Source of the DNA: Christensenellales bacterium
GTDB taxonomy: Bacteria; Bacillota; Clostridia; Christensenellales; SZUA-584
Reading direction: 5' to 3'
NCBI GenBank assembly: GCA_040768905.1
Contig: JAXGMA010000001.1
Coordinates: 1,451,196-1,515,195 of the forward strand
Length of the DNA: 64,000 nucleotides
How positions within the stretch are numbered: position 1 is the first letter of the stretch; each line of letters starts with the position of its first letter. Below, one piece after another: positions 40,439-50,370 of this stretch. The position numbers and the translations under genes are program-made. The notes beneath the pieces were generated by a model that made no database searches, was not told where the DNA came from, and was given only the letters and a program-made list of their open reading frames with translations.

Positions 40439-41566
40439 TTACCGCTTTTTAAGCAATCGCACAAGAGGCTTAACACAAACCGGCGCAGGCACGTGTGTAT
40501 CTGTTTTTTTCGTCAGTTGCCCGGTGCTGGTGTCAATTTCAAAGACGACGATATTGTCGCTGTCCTGATTCGCGCAAAGCAGATAATGCCCCGTTGCGTC
40601 GATCGCAAAGTTTCTCGGCGTTTTCCCTCCGCATGGCACAACACCTTCAAAAGAAACTAAACCGCTGTCAACATCAATACGGAAGATCGCAATATTGTCA
40701 AGTCCGCGGTTGGAGCAATAAAGGAACTGGCCGTTTGGCGTGATATGAAGGTCTGCGCTGATGTTGCCCTCGCTGGCTGCGCCTGCCGGCACGGCGGACA
40801 CCTTTTGCATTGTACTGAGCGTTCCTGTCTCCTTGTCAAACGCGGCCACAGATACCGAAGAATCGAGTTCATTGACGATATAGCAGAATCTCCCGTCTGC
40901 GCTGAATTCACAGCATCTTGGGCCTGCGCCCGCTTGTGCTGCAAAATCCGTCATGCCCGCGTCTGAAAGCGGGGTGCCCGCGTCTTTGTATCTGTACGCT
41001 CTGACAAGATCCGTGCCAAGATCGCATATGTATACATACTTTGCGTCTTTTGAAAACGTTGCGGAATGCGCATGTGGCCCTGCCTGCCTTTCGGGGTTTG
41101 CACTTTTTCCTTCATATTGTATGAACTGTGCCGTCATGCCGAGCGCGCCGTCCTTTTGGATCGGATATACGCTTAAGCTTCCGCTTGAATAATTACTGAC
41201 CACCAAAAACCTGCCGTCCGGGCTTATAGCCGTATGGCACGGGTCTGTACCTCCTGTGGCTGACTGGCCGATAGCTTCGAGGCTCCCGTCTTCCCGGACA
41301 GAAAACGCACTGACTGCCCCCGACGGTTTGCCCATAAATACCTTGAGTTCGTTGACCGCATACAGCTTCGCAGTATCGCTGTCCACAGCGAGGTAGGATG
41401 GGTTGTCAGCCTTCGCGATGCTTTTTAGTTTGAGCTCAACGCTATCCATGTCAAATTCATATAAGTAGATGCCTTCTCCCTTCCCCTCAAAGATCTGCCC
41501 GGTGCCGAACTCTATCGGAAGAGTATAAGTGCCCACATATACGTCCTGTTTGATTCCCATCTTCAT
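40439..41566 (-). CDS. Lactonase family beta-propeller
   Basis: YVGTY, NPSYL, PCH, RQAGPHAH, GPR, SNRG, PRNF, ANQDS. Confidence 0.9.
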   Translation of the reverse strand: MKMGIKQDVYVGTYTLPIEFGTGQIFEGKGEGIYLYEFDMDSVELKLKSIAKADNPSYLAVDSDTAKLYAVNELKVFMGKPSGAVSAFSVREDGSLEAIGQSATGGTDPCHTAISPDGRFLVVSNYSSGSLSVYPIQKDGALGMTAQFIQYEGKSANPERQAGPHAHSATFSKDAKYVYICDLGTDLVRAYRYKDAGTPLSDAGMTDFAAQAGAGPRCCEFSADGRFCYIVNELDSSVSVAAFDKETGTLSTMQKVSAVPAGAASEGNISADLHITPNGQFLYCSNRGLDNIAIFRIDVDSGLVSFEGVVPCGGKTPRNFAIDATGHYLLCANQDSDNIVVFEIDTSTGQLTKKTDTHVPAPVCVKPLVRLLKKR

Positions 41567-41584
41567 GGCCTTTCTTATCGTATT

Positions 41585-42580
41585 TTAGTTTTTGCATTTT
41601 TCAAATTCATCTGAAACTTTTTTAAAGGATACGCGGCTGCCGATGCTTTCGAACCCCCACCGTACGGCGCCAAGCACCGGCATCTTCTCAAGTTTGATGA
41701 AATTCAGTTTTTTTCCCCTGTTTGTTTCACAAAGTTTCTCTTTGAGCCGGACGATCCCCTCTTGATGGCTTCCTTTTACATAGATAGACCCTGCGAGTAC
41801 CACATCGATTTCATCAAGATGTTGCAGCTGAGACTCATTGATCGCGGCTTGAATGGCTCTTGCATTGTCTTCACCCATTTCGCGCAAGATATTCAATGCA
41901 GTTAAATCGTTGTTGTCCGCAGCTTCAAAAATAACAACTGCGAGGTCTTTTAATTCAAGCGTCTTGTTTTCGATGCGCGTGATCAGCTCATCCATCAACT
42001 GTTCTTTTGCGTCAATATTTAAGATCCCAAACAAAATTTCGGTCATGCAGGTGGGCTTCTTCTCCAGAAAAAGTGCATCATATACTTTTGATACGACTTT
42101 TTTGCCAAGCAGGTATCCGCCGCCGTTATCAGCTGTGAGTTCGAATTGGCCGCCTATTTGCACCATCTTTCCATCCTGGTCGATGGCTGTGACGACGCAG
42201 CCTGTACCGTTTATAGCGCAGACACCATACCCCAGGCGGCACCCGGCCTTAACGCCGAGATAAGCATCATTGTACAGTAAATAATCCTGATACCCTATTT
42301 CTTTTAATATGCTGTCTATACGGATATAGTGGCATTTGGTATCCAGCCCTGCCAAACCGAGAACGCTTTTTATGACATCCTCCATGCAGATCCTGTTTTT
42401 CCGCAGTATAGTATTGGTGAGGGCGCAAAGCTCCTGTCTCATTTCATTGTATCCGCCGTCGAGATACTCATGATTTGTTCCGCCCCAGTGCACCAGATCT
42501 ACATAGCTGCCGTCGATATTAAACAATGCAGCATGGGTCTTCGTCCCGCCGCCGTCAATACCTAAAATGTATTTCCCCAT
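41585..42580 (-). CDS. BadF/BcrA-type sugar kinase (N-acetylglucosamine kinase-like)
   Basis: GIDGGGTKT, GLAGLD, NDAYL, INGTG, IGG...D.GG, LAGS. Confidence 0.85.
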   Translation of the reverse strand: MGKYILGIDGGGTKTHAALFNIDGSYVDLVHWGGTNHEYLDGGYNEMRQELCALTNTILRKNRICMEDVIKSVLGLAGLDTKCHYIRIDSILKEIGYQDYLLYNDAYLGVKAGCRLGYGVCAINGTGCVVTAIDQDGKMVQIGGQFELTADNGGGYLLGKKVVSKVYDALFLEKKPTCMTEILFGILNIDAKEQLMDELITRIENKTLELKDLAVVIFEAADNNDLTALNILREMGEDNARAIQAAINESQLQHLDEIDVVLAGSIYVKGSHQEGIVRLKEKLCETNRGKKLNFIKLEKMPVLGAVRWGFESIGSRVSFKKVSDEFEKCKN

Positions 42581-42592
42581 AATGTCCTCTTC

Positions 42593-43324
42593 CTAAATCA
42601 TTTGGGCCGCCGCTTTGTCCAAGATCACCGTCACATCTTTGTGTAAAAGCAGCATAGATGCCGGAAAATCAGTTTCTAAAGTTTTTTGCCGAGACAGCTT
42701 AGCGACGATCTGCGCCTTGCCCTGCCCGTTGGCAACAAGAACGATCTTTCTGGCTTGCAGTATATTTGCGATGCCCATTGTGATGGCCTGTTTGGGTACA
42801 TCTTCAATACTGTCAAAAAACCTTGAATTGGCTTTAATCGTCTCTTCGTTCATTTGCTGCAGATGGGTAAAAGCTTGCAGTTTGTTTTTGTGGGGCAGGT
42901 TAAAGCCGATATGTCCGTCCGTGCCAATGCCCAGAAAGATCACGTCTAGGCCGCCGCATTGCCCAAGCTTTTCATTATAATCTGCGCAGGCTTTTTCTGT
43001 ATCTTCAGCCAGCACATCAGGCACATATGTCTTGTTTAAATCAATATTGATTTTTTTATATAAATGATGATACAGATAATAGTAATAGCCCTGCGGGTCA
43101 TCCTTCGGCAACGGGACGTATTCATCTATATTGAACGATGTGACCCTTGAAAAGTCAAGACCCTCTTTTTGATGCGTGTCGGCAAGCTTTTCTAAGGCAC
43201 CCACAGGCGTGCTGCCGGTCGGCAGAGCGACAACAGCCTCCGGCTTTTCCCGGATGATGTCAGCGATGATATTTGCAGCTGTGCTGCTTATTTCCTCATA
43301 AGTTTCTTTGATGATAAATTTCAT
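42593..43324 (-). CDS. nagB: Glucosamine-6-phosphate deaminase-like protein (variant active site)
   Basis: PTGSTP, FNIDEY, LGIGTDGHIGFN, TIKANSRFF, AITMGI, PASML. Confidence 0.82.
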   Translation of the reverse strand: MKFIIKETYEEISSTAANIIADIIREKPEAVVALPTGSTPVGALEKLADTHQKEGLDFSRVTSFNIDEYVPLPKDDPQGYYYYLYHHLYKKINIDLNKTYVPDVLAEDTEKACADYNEKLGQCGGLDVIFLGIGTDGHIGFNLPHKNKLQAFTHLQQMNEETIKANSRFFDSIEDVPKQAITMGIANILQARKIVLVANGQGKAQIVAKLSRQKTLETDFPASMLLLHKDVTVILDKAAAQMI

Positions 43325-43346
43325 ATCTTGGTTCCTTTCTTTATTA

Positions 43347-44264
43347 TTATCCCCCGACAGTCACTAAGAGGCCCTGCTGTTTCGCAAAATCAATAGCTTC
43401 CTGCAACTCGGTGTCTTCGGGCTCATTGATATCTTCCAGCAAATACTTTTTGCCAAGTTTATTGTATTTGCCGATCCCAAGCTTATGATACTTCAAAATG
43501 TCGATCTGTTTTACGTTCTTGAGCTTTATTGCAAATGCTATCCTGTCCATTAAATCTTTCCCATCGTTGATGCCCGGAATATAAATGAATCTTAAGACCA
43601 AAGGCATGTGCGCGGCAGATAATTTTTGCGCGTTATCAAGTATGATCTTATTGGAGATGCCCGTATACTTTTTATGGGCTTGAGGGTCAAAAAATTTTAT
43701 ATCCAGCAAGACCAAATCAATGACCCCAAGCAGGCTCTCAAAAACTTCCCATTGAGCATAGCCTGCAGTCTCCAAAGCAACGTGGATCTGATTTTCTTTT
43801 AGTTTTTCTGCTGCACACCTTATAAATTCAGGGTACATAAGCGGGTCTCCGCCCGAAAACGTGACGCCGCCGCCGGACGCATCATAAAACACCTTATCCT
43901 TTTTAAGCTCATCCACAAGCGCATCAATGGTATAGAGACTGCCGGTTTTTTCATACACGTTTGCAGCGCATACCTCCACGCAGCGGCCGCATGACGTGCA
44001 TAGGCTGCGGTCGATACGATACTTGCCTTCCTCTAAAAATATCGCGCCTTGCGGGCATTTTTCCATGCATTGGCCGCACGATGTACACCTTTCGGCATGC
44101 ACAAGGATCTCTGGTTTGCTGCTAATGGCCTCCGGATTGGCACACCACAGGCAGCCAAGAGGGCAGCCTTTCATAAAGACAGTGCTGCGGATCCCCGGGC
44201 CGTCTTTTGTTGCGTATTTTTGAATCCTTGTAATCAGGCCTTTTTGTGCGGGGCTACATGGCAT
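43347..44264 (-). CDS. Glycyl-radical enzyme activase with ferredoxin-like insert
   Basis: DGPGIRSTVFMKGCPLGCLWCANPE; two CxxCxxCxxxC motifs. Confidence 0.92.
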   Translation of the reverse strand: MPCSPAQKGLITRIQKYATKDGPGIRSTVFMKGCPLGCLWCANPEAISSKPEILVHAERCTSCGQCMEKCPQGAIFLEEGKYRIDRSLCTSCGRCVEVCAANVYEKTGSLYTIDALVDELKKDKVFYDASGGGVTFSGGDPLMYPEFIRCAAEKLKENQIHVALETAGYAQWEVFESLLGVIDLVLLDIKFFDPQAHKKYTGISNKIILDNAQKLSAAHMPLVLRFIYIPGINDGKDLMDRIAFAIKLKNVKQIDILKYHKLGIGKYNKLGKKYLLEDINEPEDTELQEAIDFAKQQGLLVTVGG

Positions 44265-46647
44265 TGTGTTCTGTCCTTCCTATGATCGCATCCTGCACGT
44301 TTGGTGTCAGCGATGCAAACAATGCACAATACCCCGCGACCCGCACCATGATATCCGGATATTTTTCAGGGCTCTTTTGGGCCTCTTTTAAAACGTTGGA
44401 ATCAATGACGTTAAACTGCACATGGAAATTTCCAAGCAGCCTGTTGGCATTGAGAAGCGCGACAAACTTTTCTAAATTGTCATCTCCGGAAAGCATGCCC
44501 GGCGAAAGCTTGATGTTCAACAGCTGGCCGCCCGCCATTTTGCAGTTCGGCAATTTCGATATCGATTTTAAGACTGCTGTTGGCCCTTGTTTATCAGTGC
44601 CGATAGTCGGTGAAGCGCCTTCGTTGAGCGGTTCGCCCGCTGCCCTCCCGTCCGGCGTCGCCCCGACATCCATACCGTAAGGCACATAGGAGGAAATGTT
44701 CGAGGTCGACATGGTATATCCGCAACCAAAAGGGCCGTTGCCGAAGCGTTCGTTCTTATAATCCGGCAGCAGTTTGAGATATGACAGGTATACATCCGCA
44801 GCGATGCTGTCGGCATAATCATCGTCATTGCCGAATTTTGGCGCATTTTGCGCGAGCCTGCGTATCGCAGCCCCCTCTTCGCCCCCCCAGTTATTATCGA
44901 TCGCGCTTTTCAGCTGTTCAAACGTGATCATTTTTTCATCAAAAACGAGTTTCTTGATCGCGGCCAGCGAATTGCTGACCACCGCGGTGCCGATCGTTGA
45001 CTGGCTGACAAAATCAAACTCAGCGCCGCCTTCTTTCAATGTTTTCCCGCGTTCGATACACTTATCGACAAGCGCCGACGCGAAGGGGTCGCTGTCATGG
45101 TGTTTTAGTGAACGGTCGCACACATAATCACTTTCTACAGCCAGATCAGTATAGAACTTCAAGAATCTTTCCCACGTGCGCCAGAGTTCATCGTAATCGG
45201 CAAAACGGCTGATGCTGTCGTCCGTCTTGTCAACCGAAATAAGACGGATGCCCGTATGCGGATCAAATCCGTTGTTAAGCATCAGTTCGACGATTTTACC
45301 GAAATTCATATAGGTCATCCCAGTCGCCCTGTGTCCCCATCTGCCCGGAATGGCTATTTCCACACATCCCATCGACGCATAATCCCTGGCCACTTCTTCC
45401 GGTATGTTGATGGATCTAAGCGCCGCGATGGCCGTTTCGTCGCAGAACATGGAGGGCATGCCAAACCCTTCCCTGATGAGTTTTGCGGATTCGACCAGCA
45501 GCTTCTTTGGAGAGCCATGCCAATAACGGACCGAAAGATTCGGTTCCGGCATTCTCGAGAGATCCATGGCATCAAGGCACAGGTAAGAAAGTTCGTTGGT
45601 GCCGTCCGTGCCGTCCACTTTCATGCCTCCGACCATAAGGTTCGAATACAGCGGATAACCCGCGCTGAATTTTGTATGGTCCCAGGGCCTTATCTTGTTC
45701 AGCGTGTTTAGTTTGACAAAAAACAACGCGGTATACTCCAGCGCCTTTTCCTTCGTCAAGCCTTTATGCATATCCGCGTCAAAGAACGGGTACATGTATT
45801 GGTCAAATCTTCCGAACGAGAATGAATGCCCGTTGCTTTCGATCATCATCAGCAGATGTGTAAAGTAAACAGCCTGAAGCGCTTCAAGATAAGTCTTTGG
45901 CGCGCCTTTGAAAACCCTGCCGCAGGTATTTGAAATTTCCAAAAACTCTGCTTTTCTTTGTCCGTCACTTTCCAGCAAGGACATTTCATAGGCTTTATCG
46001 GCAAACCTTTGCGCGAATTTCAAAGCCGCGTTGAGCGAGATCACGACCGCTCTGTAAAAGTCTCGTTTTTTGGTGTCAAGATCAGCTGCTTTCAGCTTTT
46101 CTTCCGCTTCCCGGATTATGCCGCTAAGCCCGACCGAGAGTATTTTTTCGTGATTGGGGATAATATGACCGTCCCCCGACATCGAAATGCCGCCCCGGTG
46201 GATCACATTTTGTTTTTCTGCCAGAATGTTCGTTTGTGTAAGATTGCTGCTGACCTGATCCAGATGGGTCCTCCCCTTCCAGTATCCCTGAATACTCAAT
46301 AGTTCGTTCTTTGTCTCTTCTTTTATCTTAAAAGCATCTCCCGGACGTTTTTCAAAATCATCCAGCTCGTCGATGACCCATTCAAAAGAATATTCAGGAA
46401 AAATAGGCGCCGCCCAAAGCTCGGAGGCCTGGTTGCCAACGATCATCTGTTCTGGCTCGATGAATATCGTCATTTCCGACAATATCTTGTCAAAAGCTTT
46501 CGCCCTTCTTATGATGATGGGCTCATCTTCGGTGGCCTTATATGAGTCAGTAATAAGCATCGCACGTTCACTGCAAACACCGGGGGTGGTGTGCAGCAAT
46601 GCCTCACGCACTCTTTTGACTCTTCTCCCGTTATCAAGATCTGTCAT
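44254..46647 (-). CDS. Glycyl radical enzyme, divergent YbiW-related, substrate unknown
   Basis: RVAGYC, GCVEI; GGISMSGDGH, SAGYPLYSN, GRWGHRATGMT. Confidence 0.88.
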   Translation of the reverse strand: MTDLDNGRRVKRVREALLHTTPGVCSERAMLITDSYKATEDEPIIIRRAKAFDKILSEMTIFIEPEQMIVGNQASELWAAPIFPEYSFEWVIDELDDFEKRPGDAFKIKEETKNELLSIQGYWKGRTHLDQVSSNLTQTNILAEKQNVIHRGGISMSGDGHIIPNHEKILSVGLSGIIREAEEKLKAADLDTKKRDFYRAVVISLNAALKFAQRFADKAYEMSLLESDGQRKAEFLEISNTCGRVFKGAPKTYLEALQAVYFTHLLMMIESNGHSFSFGRFDQYMYPFFDADMHKGLTKEKALEYTALFFVKLNTLNKIRPWDHTKFSAGYPLYSNLMVGGMKVDGTDGTNELSYLCLDAMDLSRMPEPNLSVRYWHGSPKKLLVESAKLIREGFGMPSMFCDETAIAALRSINIPEEVARDYASMGCVEIAIPGRWGHRATGMTYMNFGKIVELMLNNGFDPHTGIRLISVDKTDDSISRFADYDELWRTWERFLKFYTDLAVESDYVCDRSLKHHDSDPFASALVDKCIERGKTLKEGGAEFDFVSQSTIGTAVVSNSLAAIKKLVFDEKMITFEQLKSAIDNNWGGEEGAAIRRLAQNAPKFGNDDDYADSIAADVYLSYLKLLPDYKNERFGNGPFGCGYTMSTSNISSYVPYGMDVGATPDGRAAGEPLNEGASPTIGTDKQGPTAVLKSISKLPNCKMAGGQLLNIKLSPGMLSGDDNLEKFVALLNANRLLGNFHVQFNVIDSNVLKEAQKSPEKYPDIMVRVAGYCALFASLTPNVQDAIIGRTEHNAM

Positions 46648-46694
46648 TTTTTATCCTCCCTATATTCCTAAGCGCAAAAACCAAGCGCAAATCA

Positions 46695-47459
46695 TTAATG
46701 GGCAGTGATCACATTCACACCTTTTTGCCGTAAGGCATCTGCATCTTTTTTGCCAAGAAGGTCGTCTGTGATGATAAAGTCTAATTCATCTATGTCTAAT
46801 ATCTTTGAAAAGAAACTCACACCGCACTTTTCATGCCCTGCTATCAGTATCTTTTGTTTTGAGGAGACTGCCATTGCTTTTTTTACCTCTGCATCCAACT
46901 CATCCGGCACTGTGACGCCCCGGCACAAATCAAACCCCTGAGCGCCGATAAACGCTTTGTCTGCATTGAATTTATGAAAAAAGTCAATGGTCATTGCGCC
47001 GATAAAGCCGGCCGATTTTTCATCATAAATCCCCGGAGCCATGATCAGCTTGATCTTTGGGTAACCCTGCAGTATATTCCCGACGACTAACGAATTTGTG
47101 ATGACAGTGATTCTTTTTCCCTGTAAATGCTTTGCTGTCTGCAGCGTGGTGGTGCCGCAATCGATAATGACAGATTCACCGTCCTGTATCAGCTTTGATG
47201 CCTCATAGCCCATTGTTTTTTTCTTTTCGGCCATTTGTCCGGATTTGAGCGAAAAGCTCGGCTCGATCGCGGTGCCTTCATTCAGCTGGGCACCGCCGTA
47301 ATTAGTCGATACGATACCCTGTTTTTCAAAAATAGCCAGATCACGCCTGATGGTCATGGTAGAAACATCAAAAAATTTTGATAACTCATTGACCTCTACG
47401 GATTTTTCATCCAGCAGGATATCATATATCCTTCTTCTTCTTTCAGCTGATGTCGCCAT
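46695..47459 (-). CDS. DeoR/GlpR-family regulator
   Basis: VSTMTIRRDL, YGGA, DCGTT, VITNS. Confidence 0.92.
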   Translation of the reverse strand: MATSAERRRRIYDILLDEKSVEVNELSKFFDVSTMTIRRDLAIFEKQGIVSTNYGGAQLNEGTAIEPSFSLKSGQMAEKKKTMGYEASKLIQDGESVIIDCGTTTLQTAKHLQGKRITVITNSLVVGNILQGYPKIKLIMAPGIYDEKSAGFIGAMTIDFFHKFNADKAFIGAQGFDLCRGVTVPDELDAEVKKAMAVSSKQKILIAGHEKCGVSFFSKILDIDELDFIITDDLLGKKDADALRQKGVNVITAH

Positions 47460-47683
47460 AAATAAACGCTCCGTTTGTTTATAGTCTCATCATAGCATCA
47501 AAAAACACATCTGTAAACATTATTATTTGTTGCTTTGTTATCTATGTTACCTGCGACTGCGGCATACTGTATGCCAATCACCACGTCGAATCGGCTTTGT
47601 CAAACCAATGAAAAAGCAAAATGGCTTTGACCATCGCCAAAGCCATACTTAAGCCATCCATAAATGCGAGGAGATTCGTTTTT

Positions 47684-49468
47684 CTATACAACGCCGCTCA
47701 TGGCATAGTAGATGGCACCAATCGCCTGCGCAAATTGGGCAATTGTATAGTGCGGATCGTTTTTAAGCTGTTTCATTAATGGCGTATTGGCCATTTCATT
47801 GTCCGCAGCGATAAGCGTGATCCCTTCTACAACTCTTCGGGCGCCCTTTTGCATCAGTTCGAAGCAAAGCCTATTTTTGACCAGCCTGCCGAATAAGTAT
47901 CTTTGCTTCGCCTTGGGGTGCATGATGTCTTCTGACTCAAGCCACGTGACCGCAAGAAATTCCCCTAAATCTTCAAAAATCCTTTTGCACACGGCGCAAT
48001 TTTCTCTTTCCGGAAGCGCCATCATGTGCTCTAAAAACGGTTTTCTTTGATCTATCGGCGTGATCGGCACAAAAAGCCCCTCCGGCCTTTCCGCGATAAA
48101 CCCTTTTTGAATCAGCTCATCATAAAGGTCTTTTCTCTCCTGCGCAAAATACTTGATCGCCAGTCTGAAAACGCCGCTTTGGCTTGTGTACTTTTGCAGC
48201 GTGCCCGGCAAACCTGTGTTGAAATTATTGATGCTCCGCAAGTCGTCCGACTGATACTGTTTTTCGGGAAAACTGCCAAGGTCAATAATGAAATTATAAA
48301 CCTCGAGCGGTATTTCCGGGATCTCGCCGTGCTCATCGACCCAACCCGTTCCAAGCTCGGTACCGAGCGTGTGTGCAAAGACGCCGTTTTCGACCTTTTC
48401 TTCCCCCTCGCCAAAGGCCATTTCTATGGCAGCAGTATAAGCTGCCATAGGCCCGTCGTTTGTCATTTTGACGATGCCGCCCTTGGCGCAGTGCGGCTGC
48501 AGCATTTCGTTAAGGTGCGTCAGCCGCGCGAATTCTTTCTCGTAATCGATGCTGCCGTTGTCTCTGATGCCCCTTGTTTTATACACTTCACCGCCGACGA
48601 TTTTGTTTTTGATCACGACATCCGGGAAGCAAAGACCTATGCCGTCAAACAAAAGGGTTCTTTGTCCGTAATATTCATCACAAATATCCACCGCCGTTTG
48701 AATGGCCGCATTATCCGCGGTTTTTTCCATGGCTTTCTTGAGCAGCCGGCCGATCTTTTCTTCGCCGCCTAAAGCATTGAACGTCAACTGATGCCTGACA
48801 AGCTTAACAAGCAGCAAAACAGGATCAATGAGTTGATTGATGCGGGTAAAGTTTGCCGGGAACCAGTCATATTCTTTGAAGAATTCAATGTTGTTATCAA
48901 TGGAAACGGCCATTTTGATATCCGTCCCGCCAATGTCTATGCCGCAAAGTGTGCCTTTGAGGTTTTTTGCCGTATCTACATAAGAAACCTTTGCTATTAC
49001 CGGTTTCAAGTCTTCTTTTGCTGCGGCAGGCATGGATTTTATATCCTGTATGTCAATATTAAAATCGCATCCGCCGACGCTCCCGAGCATCCGCTCAATC
49101 ACGTTGATGCACCTTCCGTATCCGATCCTGTCTTTGCGCGCTGCTCCGATACCAAAAACATCTGAAAGGCTGTTTGTGAGTGACAGTACATCTTTATTCT
49201 TTGTGTCTATGTAGATGTTGAGTTTTTTCCCGCCGAGCGATGAGAGAACATTGTATATCCTGGCATAGACATAACTCTTGATAAATTCTTCGCCTTCCGC
49301 CAAAGGAGGGATACTGATCACAAACCTGCTTTGTTTGCCATCCTCCAAAAGGTCAAGTATGCAGTGGATGTCACTTTTTTCCTTGTCAGCGTCAAAGGCG
49401 CGCCGCACATCCGAGATATAAACCGGCCGCCCCTCTTTTGCCATGCGTACAAACTCAGCAGTTCTCAT
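47684..49468 (-). CDS. Unusually large ROK/hexokinase-fold protein with N-terminal extension, probable kinase
   Basis: GIDIGGTDIK, GIGLCFP, NDGPMAA, TLGTELGTG, C-terminal AIGA; lacks the ROK ExGH/CxCGxxGC zinc motif. Confidence 0.6.
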   Translation of the reverse strand: MRTAEFVRMAKEGRPVYISDVRRAFDADKEKSDIHCILDLLEDGKQSRFVISIPPLAEGEEFIKSYVYARIYNVLSSLGGKKLNIYIDTKNKDVLSLTNSLSDVFGIGAARKDRIGYGRCINVIERMLGSVGGCDFNIDIQDIKSMPAAAKEDLKPVIAKVSYVDTAKNLKGTLCGIDIGGTDIKMAVSIDNNIEFFKEYDWFPANFTRINQLIDPVLLLVKLVRHQLTFNALGGEEKIGRLLKKAMEKTADNAAIQTAVDICDEYYGQRTLLFDGIGLCFPDVVIKNKIVGGEVYKTRGIRDNGSIDYEKEFARLTHLNEMLQPHCAKGGIVKMTNDGPMAAYTAAIEMAFGEGEEKVENGVFAHTLGTELGTGWVDEHGEIPEIPLEVYNFIIDLGSFPEKQYQSDDLRSINNFNTGLPGTLQKYTSQSGVFRLAIKYFAQERKDLYDELIQKGFIAERPEGLFVPITPIDQRKPFLEHMMALPERENCAVCKRIFEDLGEFLAVTWLESEDIMHPKAKQRYLFGRLVKNRLCFELMQKGARRVVEGITLIAADNEMANTPLMKQLKNDPHYTIAQFAQAIGAIYYAMSGVV

Positions 49469-50370
49469 TCTTTACCCTCCAAAATGTTATTCACCAGAGC
49501 CTTTTTTCTTTCCATTTCATGAGGCGTCAATGGTTTTGCCTCCTTGCCGACAAGGTATTGTTCATTGATTGTCAAAAATTTATCGGCTGCCAATGGGTTG
49601 TAGTTGAGCAGTTCTATCCTGATGCCGCTCCCAAAGCTTGCGACAAAACGCGCGATTTGCGCAATATTGTCATCATCATCTGTATAACCCGGGATCAACG
49701 GTATTCTCACCAGCATATTAACCCTGCGCTCAATCAGGTTGGATGCGTTCTTGAGTATCATCCGGTTGCTTTTGCCAGTCACCTGCATGTGTTTTTTTTC
49801 GTCGAATATTTTGATGTCTGCGATAAACTGATCCGTGACGCCCAAAAAGTCCAAAACGTCTTCTTCTCTCGCATAAAGGCACGTTTCCATGGCTGTGCCA
49901 AGACCGTGGGCTTTGCACTTTGACAGCAAGCTCCAGCAAAAATCCTTCTGCGATAACGGCTCCCCGCCCGATAATGTGATCCCGCCTCCAGAGTTGTTAT
50001 AAAAAACACTGTCCTTTATTAATTCTTCGATCACTTCATCGTCGGTGATCTCGTACCCGTTCATTTTCAGCGCCAACGGAGGGCAGCCCTCAACGCATTT
50101 GCCGCATAGCGTGCATTTTTGTTTGTCTATCTGCACCTTGCCATCCGAAATGTGCAGCGCATCATATTTACATGCCTTCTCACATCGGCCGCATCCTATG
50201 CATAATGTCGGGAACCACATCACGTCAATAGCTTTGTGCCTTCCTTCAGGATTTTGACACCAGGGGCATCTTAGCGGACACCCCTTTACAAAAACAGTGC
50301 TGCGCAGCCCGTCTCCGTCATGGACAGTGAATCTTGATATATCAAAGATGACCCCCTTCACATCGCTCAT
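49465..50370 (-). CDS. Glycyl-radical enzyme activase with ferredoxin-like insert
   Basis: HDGDGLRSTVFVKGCPLRCPWCQNPE; CIGCGRC..C and CTLCGKC..C. Confidence 0.92.
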   Translation of the reverse strand: MSDVKGVIFDISRFTVHDGDGLRSTVFVKGCPLRCPWCQNPEGRHKAIDVMWFPTLCIGCGRCEKACKYDALHISDGKVQIDKQKCTLCGKCVEGCPPLALKMNGYEITDDEVIEELIKDSVFYNNSGGGITLSGGEPLSQKDFCWSLLSKCKAHGLGTAMETCLYAREEDVLDFLGVTDQFIADIKIFDEKKHMQVTGKSNRMILKNASNLIERRVNMLVRIPLIPGYTDDDDNIAQIARFVASFGSGIRIELLNYNPLAADKFLTINEQYLVGKEAKPLTPHEMERKKALVNNILEGKE

